DNA of 64,000 nucleotides from Myxococcales bacterium (GTDB lineage: Bacteria > Myxococcota_A > UBA9160 > UBA4427): the NCBI GenBank assembly GCA_014240165.1, contig JAAZXM010000013.1:10647-74646 (forward strand), given 5' to 3'. The position numbers and the translations under genes were made by a program. Below the pieces are notes generated by a model. The model did not search any database, was not told the DNA's origin, and saw nothing but the letters and a program-made list of their open reading frames with translations. The first letter of the stretch is position 1. The number at the start of each line of letters is the position of its first letter. Shown in pieces: positions 36,921 through 46,769 of the stretch.

Positions 36921-37768
36921 GGCAGGCCCTCCCACACCACGTCTTCCGCCCGGTAGACGGGGCCGGCACGGCAGATCAGCGAGAAGCCCCCCGAGCGCAC
37001 GGGCACCGCGCAGCCCAGGCAAACCCCGAAACCGCAGGCCATGGTGTTCTCCAGCGAAACCTGACACGCCACCCCGACCCGGGCGGCGATCTCCGCGCAG
37101 GCACGCATCATGGGAGTCGGCCCGCAGGCGTAGAGAGTCGTCGGCCCCTCAGCGGCGGCGAGCGCGTCCTCGAGGCCATCGGTCACACGCCCGGCCAGGC
37201 CCCGGCTGCCGTCCTCGGTGGTGACGCGAAAATTCACCCCGAGCGCTTCGAAAGCGTCGCTGCCCATCAGGTCCTCAGCCCGCCGCGCGCCCAGAATCAC
37301 TTCGACCTCGGCTCCCTTGGCCCCCCGCGCCGCCAACTCGTAAAGAGACGCAATCCCCGTCCCGCCGCCCACCAGCAGCGCCCGGCTGCCCCGGGCGATG
37401 GGCGCAAAGCTGCCGCCCAGGGGACCCACCAGGTGAATGAACTCCCCAGGCCGGGCACCCGCGAGCAGACGCGTCCCCCGGCCAGCCACCTTGAGGAGAA
37501 AGTCCACCCGAGCCGCTCCCCCGGACTGGGCCGGGGCGTGCCCACGGTAAATCGCCATGGGGCGCGGCAGCAACGGATCCGTCCGATCCGACTCCTCGGG
37601 GCCCCCCGGCTTGAGCATGGCGAACTGGCCCGGCTCGGCGCCCGGCCAGCCCGGGATCTCCAGGGTGAGGCAGTGGTTGCCCCCGGCGTCGCGATGATTT
37701 TCCAGCACCTCGGCATCGACCCGGATCGGGGTGGGGCTCGGTCTCTGGGCGTCGGGGGACTGAGTCAT
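36917..37768 (-). CDS. pyrK: Dihydroorotate dehydrogenase electron-transfer subunit (FAD/[2Fe-2S])
   Basis: C-terminal cluster motif MACGFGVCLGCAV, a ferredoxin-reductase-like fold and operon position upstream of pyrD. Confidence 0.88.
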   Translation of the reverse strand: MTQSPDAQRPSPTPIRVDAEVLENHRDAGGNHCLTLEIPGWPGAEPGQFAMLKPGGPEESDRTDPLLPRPMAIYRGHAPAQSGGAARVDFLLKVAGRGTRLLAGARPGEFIHLVGPLGGSFAPIARGSRALLVGGGTGIASLYELAARGAKGAEVEVILGARRAEDLMGSDAFEALGVNFRVTTEDGSRGLAGRVTDGLEDALAAAEGPTTLYACGPTPMMRACAEIAARVGVACQVSLENTMACGFGVCLGCAVPVRSGGFSLICRAGPVYRAEDVVWEGLP

Positions 37769-37919
37769 GGGGATTTGGGCTGGCGCAACGGGTTATTAGC
37801 GCGGGCCGCGCGGAACCTCCACGCGGGGCGCCCCTGCCGGGCAACGGTCCCGCTCGAAAGCGCCCTATTCCGGACCCTGGAGCGTTCCGGACCCGAGCGA
37901 AATCCGCCGGAAGTCACGT

Positions 37920-39464
37920 ATGATCCGGCTTATGCCAACCCCCGCGCCGATGCTTCGCCTGCTTGTGCTGGGCTCGCTCTGGCTCGCTGCTGCGAGCCTC
38001 GGCCCCCGGGCCGCGGCGGCCGACGACGAGCCCTTCGAATCCGTTCGCCTCGCCGTGGCCGGACGACCGGTTGAGGTCTGGACGGGATCCTTCTCCGGCA
38101 ATTGCGAGCAGGGCGCCCAGGACATGCTGGTGATCGCCATCGAGGGCGTGCCGCCCCGGGAGCAGCGGCGCGTTCTCCACTTTCCCTGCCAGGCCGGGGA
38201 GCGGCTGAACCCCCAAGCGGAGCGGGAATTCGCCGTCCCGGGGGACGCAGTGGCGGTGGACGCCTACGGCCCCCATTCGGAGCTGGCCTTTCTGCGCCCC
38301 TCGGGCCTGCAATTGGTGTCCCTGGCCGACCCGGAGAAGCGTCGGGAGATTCACGTCCCCGGCGGCCTCCCCCTGGTCCCCCGCAGCCGCGGACTCTCTC
38401 GGATGCCCCTGATAGGTCCCTGGGGCGCCCAAGGTCGGCCCGGAGCCCTGCTTCCCACCCTGACGGGGGCGCTGGCGGTGGATCTCGAGAACGGAAGCCA
38501 GCGCTCCATCGAACTGCCCATGATGGCCGACTACGAAACCCAGGCGCCGGGACTCCCCAACCCGGTGGACCATTTCATGCTCGAGCGCGCCGCCTGGCCG
38601 CTGCTGCTGCCAGGCGACGATGACGGCGACGGCCGAACCGATCTCTTCGCCCTCACCCGCTGGAACCTGGCGGTGCTGCGGGCCGGGGAGGAGGGAATCG
38701 CCCAGCAACCCTCACGCCTGGTCGAACTCCGCCCCTTTGAAGACCGCCACGAAATTCGCCCGGAGCAGAGCGGCACCACCTACCGGGCCACCGACCTCAA
38801 CGCTGACGGGCTCACGGACCTCGTGCTTCACCGCAGTTGGGGGAGCATGATGCGCGGCCGGGGGATCACCAGTGTCTTTTTCAACGCCGGCGAGGGCGCC
38901 CGCCCGGATGCCGCTCCCGATGTCCTGCGCGAACGGGAGGATGGCTTTTCAACCATCGAGTTCCTGGATCTCGACGGCGATGGCTGGTTCGAGGGCGTGG
39001 AAACCTCCATGGAATTCGGTTTGGTGCAGGCCGTTCGCATGCTCCTAACCCGGAGAGGCAAAGCGAGGGTGGAGATCTTGACGCTGGAGCGCGAGCCCCC
39101 TCACCGCCTGGTCTCGTCCTGGAAACAGGATATTCGCTTCAAGATCGACTTCGGCGAGGCCCGCATCGAAGGGCTCTTTCCGGTCCTGGATACGGATTGG
39201 AACGCCGACGGGCGCAACGATCTGCTCTATATGGAGAGCGACGGGGAGATCGCCCTGCGTCTGGGCAAGGCGGGAGCGCGCGGGCCAAGTTTCGGCAACC
39301 GCGTGGCGAGCCAGACCAGCCCGCTGCGCGCCGGCCGCTCGACCCATGCCGATCTCGACGGCGACGGGCTCGAAGACCTGATTCTCTACGATCCCCAGGC
39401 CTCGGTGGGCGCCGTCTGGGTCTATTACAACCGCGGCCAACTTCCCGGCAGCCCGGCCCCGTAG
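37920..39464 (+). CDS. Secreted FG-GAP/VCBS repeat protein
   Basis: Signal-like N-terminus MLRLLVLGSLWLAAASLGPRAAAA. Repeated Ca-binding-type loops: DDDGDGRTDLF, DLNADGLTDLVL, LDLDGDGWFEG, DWNADGRNDLLY, DLDGDGLEDLILY. Confidence 0.8.
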   Translation: MIRLMPTPAPMLRLLVLGSLWLAAASLGPRAAAADDEPFESVRLAVAGRPVEVWTGSFSGNCEQGAQDMLVIAIEGVPPREQRRVLHFPCQAGERLNPQAEREFAVPGDAVAVDAYGPHSELAFLRPSGLQLVSLADPEKRREIHVPGGLPLVPRSRGLSRMPLIGPWGAQGRPGALLPTLTGALAVDLENGSQRSIELPMMADYETQAPGLPNPVDHFMLERAAWPLLLPGDDDGDGRTDLFALTRWNLAVLRAGEEGIAQQPSRLVELRPFEDRHEIRPEQSGTTYRATDLNADGLTDLVLHRSWGSMMRGRGITSVFFNAGEGARPDAAPDVLREREDGFSTIEFLDLDGDGWFEGVETSMEFGLVQAVRMLLTRRGKARVEILTLEREPPHRLVSSWKQDIRFKIDFGEARIEGLFPVLDTDWNADGRNDLLYMESDGEIALRLGKAGARGPSFGNRVASQTSPLRAGRSTHADLDGDGLEDLILYDPQASVGAVWVYYNRGQLPGSPAP

Positions 39465-39477
39465 ACACGGAACGAGG

Positions 39478-40488
39478 TCAGCGCGACCGCCAGAACTCCA
39501 GGGCGCGGGGGGTCGCCACCCTTCCGCGCGGCGTGCGGTCGAGAAAACCCTGGTGGATGAGAAAGGGTTCCACCACGTCTTCCAGGGTGCCCTTGTCCTC
39601 GCCCACCGCGGCGGCGAGGGTCTCGAGGCCCACGGGACCGCCATCGAATTTATCGATCAAGCTGGCCAATAGGGCGCGATCCAGGGCGTCGAAGCCCGCC
39701 GAATCGACCTCAAGCCGCTCCAGGGCATCTCCCGCCGCCTTGAGTTGAACCCGTCCCCCGCGCCCCTCGGCGACTTCCACGAAATCCCGCACCCGGCGAA
39801 GCAATCGGTTCGCGACCCGCGGCGTCCCCCGAGAGCGCCCGGCGATCTCCCGGGCAGCGTCGGCTTCGAGGCCGATACCGAGCAACTGGCCCGAACGAAG
39901 AACGATCCGCTCGAGATCCGGAACCGGGTAGAAACGCAGGCGCGCGCTCCAGCCGAAGCGGTCGCGCAGGGGCGAGGTCAAAAGCCCCGCGCGCGTGGTG
40001 GCGCCCACCAGGGTGAAGCGAGGCAGATCGAGCCGGATCGAGCGGGCACTGGGCCCCTCCCCGATCAGCACATCGAGATGAAAATCCTCCATGCCGGGAT
40101 AGAGGATTTCCTCGACGCTGGCCGAAAGCCGGTGAATCTCGTCGATGAAGAGAACCTCCCCCTCCTCGACGTTGGAGAGCAGCGCCGCAAGATCTCCCGG
40201 CCGCTCGATGGCCGGACCGCTGGTGGCGTGAAATTGCGCCCCCATCTCGTTGGCCACGATGCGCGCCAGGGAAGTCTTGCCCAGGCCCGGCGGCCCATAG
40301 AAGAGAAGATGATCCAGAGGTTCGCCCCGCCTCCGCGCCGCCTCCACGAAAACCGCGAGGTTTTCGCGAAGACGGTCCTGGCCGATCATTTCGCTCAGGC
40401 TCTGGGGACGCAGGCCGTCGTCCGAAGCGACCTCCTGGGCATCCGCTTCGGGACTCAGGGGGCCTCGATCTGCGCCATCGGACGTCAT
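39478..40488 (-). CDS. ruvB: Holliday junction branch migration DNA helicase RuvB
   Basis: Walker [12 protein letters not shown] and RuvB C-terminal winged helix. The ATG at 40488 overlaps the ruvA stop (ATGA). The upstream 235 aa of the track ORF are R/G/P-rich and lie out of frame over ruvA. Confidence 0.93.
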   Translation of the reverse strand: MTSDGADRGPLSPEADAQEVASDDGLRPQSLSEMIGQDRLRENLAVFVEAARRRGEPLDHLLFYGPPGLGKTSLARIVANEMGAQFHATSGPAIERPGDLAALLSNVEEGEVLFIDEIHRLSASVEEILYPGMEDFHLDVLIGEGPSARSIRLDLPRFTLVGATTRAGLLTSPLRDRFGWSARLRFYPVPDLERIVLRSGQLLGIGLEADAAREIAGRSRGTPRVANRLLRRVRDFVEVAEGRGGRVQLKAAGDALERLEVDSAGFDALDRALLASLIDKFDGGPVGLETLAAAVGEDKGTLEDVVEPFLIHQGFLDRTPRGRVATPRALEFWRSR

Positions 40489-41102
40489 TTCGCCAACCTC
40501 TTGAGCGCGATGCGGATCAGGGTCTCGATCGAAGCGCCCTCCCCGGCCTCCCGGGCGGAGACCTCCGCCACGCGCTCGGCGTGGCTCCGGGGATAGCCCA
40601 GATTGACCAGGGCTGAGAGCAACTCTTCGCGAACCTCGGCCGAGCCGCCGCTTGGGGCGCCGGGCTCGGAGGCGCCGGGCAAGCCTACACTGTCGATCAA
40701 CTCTCCGGCGCCCTCTCGCAGTTCCAGGGCCATGCGCTCGGCCAACTTCGGTCCCACGCCCGGAGCGCGCTGCAGGGCAGCGGCGTCCCCTTCGCGCAGG
40801 GCACGAAGCAGGGGCTGAGGCGCCACGCCGGACAGGATCGCCTGGGCCAGGCGGGGCCCCACGCGATTCGCCTTCACCAGGAGGTCGAAGGCATCGCGCT
40901 CCAGCGCAGTCGCGAAACCATAAAGAAGAAAGGCATCCTCTCGGACAACCGTGCGGACCTCCAGAGCGACGGTCTTGCCCTTCTCGGGCAAGCCCTCGAA
41001 GGTTTGCAGGGAGACCAGGAGTTCGTACCCCACACCCCCCACGTCCACCACCAGCCGGGTGGGCGCCTTCTCGCGCAGCCGGCCCTCCAATCGGGCGATC
41101 AT
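40485..41102 (-). CDS. ruvA: Holliday junction DNA helicase subunit RuvA
   Basis: MIARLEGRL...[14 protein letters not shown]...LYGF is canonical RuvA. Confidence 0.92.
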   Translation of the reverse strand: MIARLEGRLREKAPTRLVVDVGGVGYELLVSLQTFEGLPEKGKTVALEVRTVVREDAFLLYGFATALERDAFDLLVKANRVGPRLAQAILSGVAPQPLLRALREGDAAALQRAPGVGPKLAERMALELREGAGELIDSVGLPGASEPGAPSGGSAEVREELLSALVNLGYPRSHAERVAEVSAREAGEGASIETLIRIALKRLAK

Positions 41103-41647
41103 CGCGGCGACCTCGAAAGACGATTGGGCACGGTGGCCAGGCGCAGACTGCGCCTCTGCCGGCCGACCCCGAGACCCGCCAACCGGCCGCCATGCGCCTG
41201 GCAGATGGCCACCGCCAGGGCGTCGGCGGCGTCGGTGGGCGGCTCGGCTTCCAGGGCGAGCAAACGGGTCACCATGGTCTGGACCTGAGCCTTGCGCGCA
41301 CCCCCGGTCCCCACCACGGCCTTCTTGACTTCACGCGCCGCGAACTCGGTCACCTCGAGCCCGGCCCCCGCCAGGGCGGCGAGCACCGCCCCCCGAGCCT
41401 GCCCGAGAACCAGGGCGGACCTGGGGTTGGAGGCCACGAAAACCCGCTCAACCGCCGCGAGGTCGGCGCCGTGCTCCGCCACGACTTCCAGCAGCCCGCC
41501 GTGAATCTCGGCAAGCCGGCTTGCCAGGGCAGCGCCTTTGCGCGGGCGCAGCACCCCGTGAGCGATATGCCGAAGTCGCCCTCCAGAAAACTGCACCACC
41601 CCGTAGCCCGTGGCACTGGAACCGGGATCGACTCCCAGGATCCTCAT
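41099..41647 (-). CDS. ruvC: Crossover junction endodeoxyribonuclease RuvC
   Basis: [10 protein letters not shown]...[18 protein letters not shown] overlap with ruvA. Confidence 0.92.
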   Translation of the reverse strand: MRILGVDPGSSATGYGVVQFSGGRLRHIAHGVLRPRKGAALASRLAEIHGGLLEVVAEHGADLAAVERVFVASNPRSALVLGQARGAVLAALAGAGLEVTEFAAREVKKAVVGTGGARKAQVQTMVTRLLALEAEPPTDAADALAVAICQAHGGRLAGLGVGRQRRSLRLATVPNRLSRSPR

Positions 41648-41733
41648 CGCACCCCCCGTACGATCCGTGTCCTACGCTCGGCTCGATCCATCGACCGTCC
41701 GATACCCGGAAAATGGCTCACTCCGGTCCGCTC

Positions 41734-42480
41734 CTAGGCGAATTGCTCCATCTCCTCTTCGGAGATGTCGAAATTGGCAAAAAAATTCTGGACGTCGTCG
41801 AGATCCTCGAGCGAATCGGCCAAACGCATCATCTGCTCGGCATCCTCCCCCCCCAGCGCCACAGTGGTGGAAGGCTCCATGGTCACGGCTGACTCCGCCG
41901 GGACAAAGCCCGCGGCCTCGAGCGCCTCCTTGACCTGGCTGAACTCTGCGGGTGTCGTGACGACATCGAGGGTCTCCCCCTCCTCGAGAATATCGTCGGC
42001 CCCCGCCTCCAGGGCGGCTTCCATCAGGGCATCCGAGTCCAGGCCTTCCTGGCTGAACTGCAAAAGGCCCCGCTTCTGGAAGAGGTAGGCCACGCATCCG
42101 CTGGCACCGAGGTTGCCCCCGTTCTTGGTGAGCGCGTGTCGCACATCGCTCACCGTACGGTTCTTGTTGTCGGTGAGCGCCTCGATCAGGATGGCGGTGC
42201 CGCCCGGGCCATAGCCCTCGTACACGATCTCCTCGTAGGCCTCGCCCTCTCCGCCGCCAGTGCCCTTCTGGATCGCCCGCTGGATATTGTCCTTGGGCAT
42301 ATTCGAGGTCTTCGCCTTGTCGATCACCAGGCGAAGGCGGGGATTGCTATCGGGCTCGCCGCCCCCGATCCGGGCCGCCGTCGCGATCTCACGGATCAGT
42401 TTGGTGAAGATTTTGCCGCGTTTTGCATCGGCTGCGCCCTTCTTGCGCTTGATCGTCGACCATTTTGAATGCCCGGACAT
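41734..42480 (-). CDS. yebC: YebC/PmpR family DNA-binding transcriptional regulator
   Basis: [32 protein letters not shown] is near-invariant for the family. ATG 42480 with GGAGAGG upstream. Confidence 0.9.
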   Translation of the reverse strand: MSGHSKWSTIKRKKGAADAKRGKIFTKLIREIATAARIGGGEPDSNPRLRLVIDKAKTSNMPKDNIQRAIQKGTGGGEGEAYEEIVYEGYGPGGTAILIEALTDNKNRTVSDVRHALTKNGGNLGASGCVAYLFQKRGLLQFSQEGLDSDALMEAALEAGADDILEEGETLDVVTTPAEFSQVKEALEAAGFVPAESAVTMEPSTTVALGGEDAEQMMRLADSLEDLDDVQNFFANFDISEEEMEQFA

Positions 42481-42847
42481 CGCCTCTCCCCGTCGGTTCT
42501 CTCCGTTTAGCACGCACCCTGCGCCGAGGCCATTTGAACCCGCTTTCAACCGGCCCAAAGCACCCAACCGGACCGGATCCCGTGCGGGCCCCGGGTCTCG
42601 GCGGGTGCGCCCCGGGAACCGATCCCTCAGCCCCATGGGGGCTCCCCCCCTTGCGCTCTATGGCGGGCCGAGGATGGGGTTGGCATGCTTCGCCCGCTGA
42701 CCTTTCGTCCCCGTCCCCAAGATGGCCACGCGTCGGTCGGCGACATCCGAAACATCGCGACCCTTTGCGGCGCGACAGCGGCCGGGAAATCGGCCCATGC
42801 TGAGACTTCGGACCGAACATTCACTCAAGCCGACAAGGGAAAACGAA

Positions 42848-43285
42848 ATGCCCCCGAATGCCGAAGCCACCGAGACCTCGGGCCTCCTGCCCGTTGTCCC
42901 CTTTTTGAAAATTCCCGAGGACGGCGACCCCTACCTCGCCGGCTGCCGTTGCTCCGACTGCGGAACGACCTTCCTCGGGGAGCGCGCGAATTGCGCCAAA
43001 TGCGGATCCCGCAAGGAGATGGAAGCGCAGACCCTGTCCAACCAGGGCGAACTCTATGTCTTCAGCATTGTCTGCCGATCGTTCCCGGGTATCGAAGTGC
43101 CCTACGTATCGGCGATCGTCGACCTGGAGGGCGGCGGAACCATCAAGGGCAACCTGATCAACATCGACCCCGAGCCCGAGAAAATCAAGATGGGGATGCC
43201 GGTGGAGGTCGTCTACCAGAAGGCCCCGCGCAAGGACGCCGAAGGCAACGAATACCTGGCGTACTATTTTCAGCCCAAGAACTGA
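42848..43285 (+). CDS. DUF35 Zn-ribbon/OB-fold protein (thiolase partner)
   Basis: Zn ribbon CRCSDCGTTF...CAKCGS followed by an OB-fold-like segment. It lies immediately upstream of a thiolase. ATG 42848 chosen (MPPNAEAT). Confidence 0.8.
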   Translation: MPPNAEATETSGLLPVVPFLKIPEDGDPYLAGCRCSDCGTTFLGERANCAKCGSRKEMEAQTLSNQGELYVFSIVCRSFPGIEVPYVSAIVDLEGGGTIKGNLINIDPEPEKIKMGMPVEVVYQKAPRKDAEGNEYLAYYFQPKN

Positions 43286-43315
43286 ACCGAGAAAAACTGA
43301 ATCGGAGAACAAGCC

Positions 43316-44461
43316 ATGAGCGAAGTATGTGTAATCGGAATCGACATGATCAAATTCGGGCGCTTTCCCGATACCTCCGTGCCCCAATTGGGTGCCACCG
43401 CGGCCCATTTGGCCCTGGATGACGCCGGGCTGACCATTCAAGACATGGAGGCCATGTACAGCGGAAACCTCGGCCAGGCGGGCGCCATGGTGGGCCAGCG
43501 CATCCTGGCCGAGATCGGGCAGACCGGCATTCCGGTGGTGAACTGCGCCAACGCTTGCGCGACCGGCGCCACCGCTTTCCGCGAGGGCTGGATGTCCATC
43601 AAGGCCGGCGTCTACGACATGGTTCTCTGCGTGGGCACCGAACAGATGGGCAAGGGCCTGCTGGGCGGCGCCGGCGGCGGCAAGGGGATCCCCACCGAGG
43701 GCCTGCTGGGCTCGGGCACCATGCCCGCGGTATTCGCCGAAGCCGGCATGGAGCACCAGCGCAAATACGGCACGACCTTCGAGCAATTCGCCAAGGTCTC
43801 GGTGAAGAACCACCACCATTCGACCCTGAACCCGAAGGCGATGTACCAGATCGAAACGCCCCTGGAGACGGTGATGGGCGCGGAGATGATCGCGTACCCC
43901 AATACCAAGCTGATGTGCTCGGTGAACGTCGACGGGGCCGCCGCGGCGGTGATCTGCTCCGAGGAGAAAGCGCGTGAACTCGGCAAATTGGACCGGGCGG
44001 TTCGGGTGCGGGCGTCGGTGATGACCAGCGACCCCTACCAGGAGCGCAACCTCCAGATGCCCGACGTGAACACCTGCACCCAGATGGCGGCCAAGAAGGC
44101 CTACGAGATGGCCGGCGTGGGTCCCGAGGATATCGACCTTGTGGAACTCCACGATTGCTTCGCCACCGCCGAGATCCTTCATTACGGCAACCTCGGCCTG
44201 GGCAAGCCCGAGGACGCGGGTCGCATGGTGGATGAGGGACAGACCGCGCTCGGCGGCCGCATCCCGGTGAACGTCTCGGGCGGACTGCTCTCCAAGGGCC
44301 ATCCCCTGGGCGCCACGGGCATCGCGAACATCTACGAGGTGAGCACTCATCTCCGGGGCGAGGCGGGCGACCGCCAGGTGGAGGGGGCCCGCATGGGCCT
44401 CACCCATGTCATCGGACTGGGCAGTGCCTGCGGGATTCACATCCTCGAAAAGATGAACTGA
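43316..44461 (+). CDS. Thiolase-fold enzyme (SCP-x/lipid-transfer-protein-type acetyl-CoA C-acyltransferase-like)
   Basis: VVNCANACATGATAF (nucleophile-Cys context) and NVSGGLLSKGHPLGATG near the C-terminus. Confidence 0.85.
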   Translation: MSEVCVIGIDMIKFGRFPDTSVPQLGATAAHLALDDAGLTIQDMEAMYSGNLGQAGAMVGQRILAEIGQTGIPVVNCANACATGATAFREGWMSIKAGVYDMVLCVGTEQMGKGLLGGAGGGKGIPTEGLLGSGTMPAVFAEAGMEHQRKYGTTFEQFAKVSVKNHHHSTLNPKAMYQIETPLETVMGAEMIAYPNTKLMCSVNVDGAAAAVICSEEKARELGKLDRAVRVRASVMTSDPYQERNLQMPDVNTCTQMAAKKAYEMAGVGPEDIDLVELHDCFATAEILHYGNLGLGKPEDAGRMVDEGQTALGGRIPVNVSGGLLSKGHPLGATGIANIYEVSTHLRGEAGDRQVEGARMGLTHVIGLGSACGIHILEKMN

Positions 44462-44529
44462 AGTCCTGCCGCCGGGGATCGGTCCTCAAGCGGGGCCCGC
44501 TTCGGCCGGGGCATCAAACCAGAACACAG

Positions 44530-44573
44530 CCAGAAAACAAAGAAGGGCCAGTCGGATCTTCCGGCTGGCCCTT
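44530..44573 (-). terminator. Hairpin terminator after the DUF3604 gene (shared gap of convergent genes)
   Basis: 9-bp stem AAGGGCCAG/CTGGCCCTT (44543-44573). On the minus strand it is followed by CTTTGTTTTCTGG. Confidence 0.55.
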
Positions 44574-44577
44574 CCTG

Positions 44578-46545
44578 TTATTCAGCGAACTTGGCGCCGG
44601 ATGCCGACTGGGGAACCTCTCCGGGCGAGAACCAGATCGGCGAACTCCACGCCCGTTCCCGCAGCGTCGGCCGATGCGCCTCTGAGCAACAATCCTCGAA
44701 ACCCTCGCCGATGGTTTCGGGGTCATCGCAATCGACCCCAGCTTCCACGCAGGCCCATTGGCTCCAACGGCAACTCGGGTTTTCGAGCACCCGCGCGTAG
44801 TAGAAGGCCGGCGAGTCCGGATCGAAGGCGGGGTCGGTCCAGACCGCGCAGAGGCGCTCGGCCCCGGCCCCCTGGCGCTCGCAAGTGGAGAGATCAACGC
44901 CGGCGCCATTGGGCCCGCCCGCCACGGCGATGACTTCCTCATGCAGTTCACCCCCCGTGGCCCATCCCTTGATGATCTCGATGCGTTCCAGGGGCGCCGC
45001 CGACGGATCGGGATCGCGCAGGGCCGCCACCACGAACTTGGGCCCTTCCGCGTTTGCGGGCTGCGGACGCAGATCGCCACCCATGGGAACCCCTTGGGCA
45101 TAACCGCGCTCCGCGAGATCGGGCCTCTCGCAAAGATCGTCCGCATATTGCCAGCCGCCGAAGAAGCGAAGCACCGGCCGGGTCCCGCTGGTCCCGTAGG
45201 CCTCCCGGCGAAGCATGGCCTCGAAGAGCGCCTCCCGGGAATTCTCCTCGGCCCATAACACCGCCAGCCCCCCCGGCCCGAAGCGCAGGTTGTCGGGCAG
45301 GCCCGGGGGCACACCGTCCCGGGCGTGCTTGCCGCCCCCACCGTGGCCCGGATGGCCGCGCTCCCGGGTCAGCCCCGGGGTCCCGAGATGCGTATCGGTG
45401 CTCGCAATCATTCCGTATTTCAGGGGATTGGTGCCGAGTTTGCCCTGGAGGTCCAGCCCTCGCGCCAGCGCGTGACGAACGAAGTCTGCGGGACGAAGCG
45501 GTTCTTCGCCGAAATAGGGAATCATGTGGGGGCTCGAAAGTTTCTCGAACGCGCAGGCCTCGTCCGGGGCCCCGAGCGCGAGCATGCACTCCGAATCGCC
45601 CTTGTGCTGCATCACCTCGGCGAGGCGGTCGTAACGTTGGCGCAGCACCGCCTCTTCGGCGTCGATCTCGCCGTCCAATTCCCGCGCCGAGCCGAACGTA
45701 TAACCGCCGCCGATATTCGAGTTGTGGGGAATGGTGATGGCCTGGCAGCCCGGCCGGGCGTCCCGGCACTCGGCGTCCAACCCCTTCCACAGGTTCATGG
45801 CGGGAAAGCCTGTTTCCATCACCGAAATGGGCAGCGCGGGCACCTTCTCATTGCGAAAGATGACGTTGCGATGCAGATGCGAACCCGCCCCGGGGCCCGC
45901 CGTCCACTCGTAGCCCACGAAACTCGTGAACTCACACGCGTCCCCTTGATCGTAGGCCTCGTCGGCGGCGGCCTGGATCTCGCCCCAAATGGTGCCCGCA
46001 GCGGCCAGGCAATCCTCGGCCTCGTCGCCACAAAATCCCCAGCGCGTGCCAAGCACCGCGTAGCGCGCGTTCATCAGAAAGAAGGCAACCCTCGGAAAGG
46101 CACGGTAGACCCGGCAGACCCAGGAGCCATGCCCCGGCAATCCCGGGGTCTTGCAGATATGGGTCTCCCCCAACTGCTCGGCATGATCGGTGATGACCGC
46201 GAAATCGAGCGGGCGATACAGTTGAACGGTGCGCCCGGGCGCACCCGTCTCGTCGTAGGGTTGGATGCCCAGCGCAGCGCCCCGGGCAAAGCGATACGCG
46301 TCCCGGGGAGTGACCCGGGTGTCCTGCGTGCTCGCATCCTGGGAAAAGGTCGTATGAACGTGGGTGTCCCCGAAGAAGGGCCGACGCAGGAGGTCACTCT
46401 CAGCGCAGCGCGCCCGGGAAGCCGCCGAAAAACCTGTTGGAAGCTCCAGCGCCGGCGCCGGGCGAGTCCCGGGCGACGCGGCCGAATCAGTGGCAAATGC
46501 GGAGAGGAGCAGGGCAAAGAGCCAAATAAGCGAAGCCGGGCGCAT
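44578..46545 (-). CDS. Secreted DUF3604-like protein (PHP-like metal-binding N-terminus)
   Basis: Signal peptide MRPASLIWLFALLLSAFATDSAAS, then FFGDTHVHTTFSQDA, which I recall as the DUF3604 hallmark. About 655 aa. The family assignment is from memory and is not verified. Confidence 0.7.
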   Translation of the reverse strand: MRPASLIWLFALLLSAFATDSAASPGTRPAPALELPTGFSAASRARCAESDLLRRPFFGDTHVHTTFSQDASTQDTRVTPRDAYRFARGAALGIQPYDETGAPGRTVQLYRPLDFAVITDHAEQLGETHICKTPGLPGHGSWVCRVYRAFPRVAFFLMNARYAVLGTRWGFCGDEAEDCLAAAGTIWGEIQAAADEAYDQGDACEFTSFVGYEWTAGPGAGSHLHRNVIFRNEKVPALPISVMETGFPAMNLWKGLDAECRDARPGCQAITIPHNSNIGGGYTFGSARELDGEIDAEEAVLRQRYDRLAEVMQHKGDSECMLALGAPDEACAFEKLSSPHMIPYFGEEPLRPADFVRHALARGLDLQGKLGTNPLKYGMIASTDTHLGTPGLTRERGHPGHGGGGKHARDGVPPGLPDNLRFGPGGLAVLWAEENSREALFEAMLRREAYGTSGTRPVLRFFGGWQYADDLCERPDLAERGYAQGVPMGGDLRPQPANAEGPKFVVAALRDPDPSAAPLERIEIIKGWATGGELHEEVIAVAGGPNGAGVDLSTCERQGAGAERLCAVWTDPAFDPDSPAFYYARVLENPSCRWSQWACVEAGVDCDDPETIGEGFEDCCSEAHRPTLRERAWSSPIWFSPGEVPQSASGAKFAE

Positions 46546-46769
46546 CGGCAGATACTCGATCTCCCCTGGTCGTTCCGCAAACCCATGTCCCGAGCCTCGA
46601 TCCCATCGCGGGGAGCATGACTCCAAGCACGCCAATCGCTGGCAACAGTGGCCACTGGCCCGGGGGGCTTAACTCATGCAAAAGCGCTCTCGAAGCGCGT
46701 AAGCGAATACAGGCGCCCTAGACTTTTCTGATCATCTCCGACTCTGGTTTCTGGTCATAATGGAGAGCT

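Noticed and set aside
40489-41193. N-terminal 235-aa extension of the RuvB ORF in the track (39478-41193)
   Set aside because: The extension is R/G/P-rich and overlaps ruvA in another frame. The ATG at 40488 gives a canonical RuvB and an ATGA overlap with the ruvA stop.
42821-46620. Long antisense ORFs 42821-44440 (-) and 45325-46620 (+)
   Set aside because: They lie opposite the thiolase/DUF35 and DUF3604 genes respectively. Their composition is low-complexity and Arg/Gly/His-rich.
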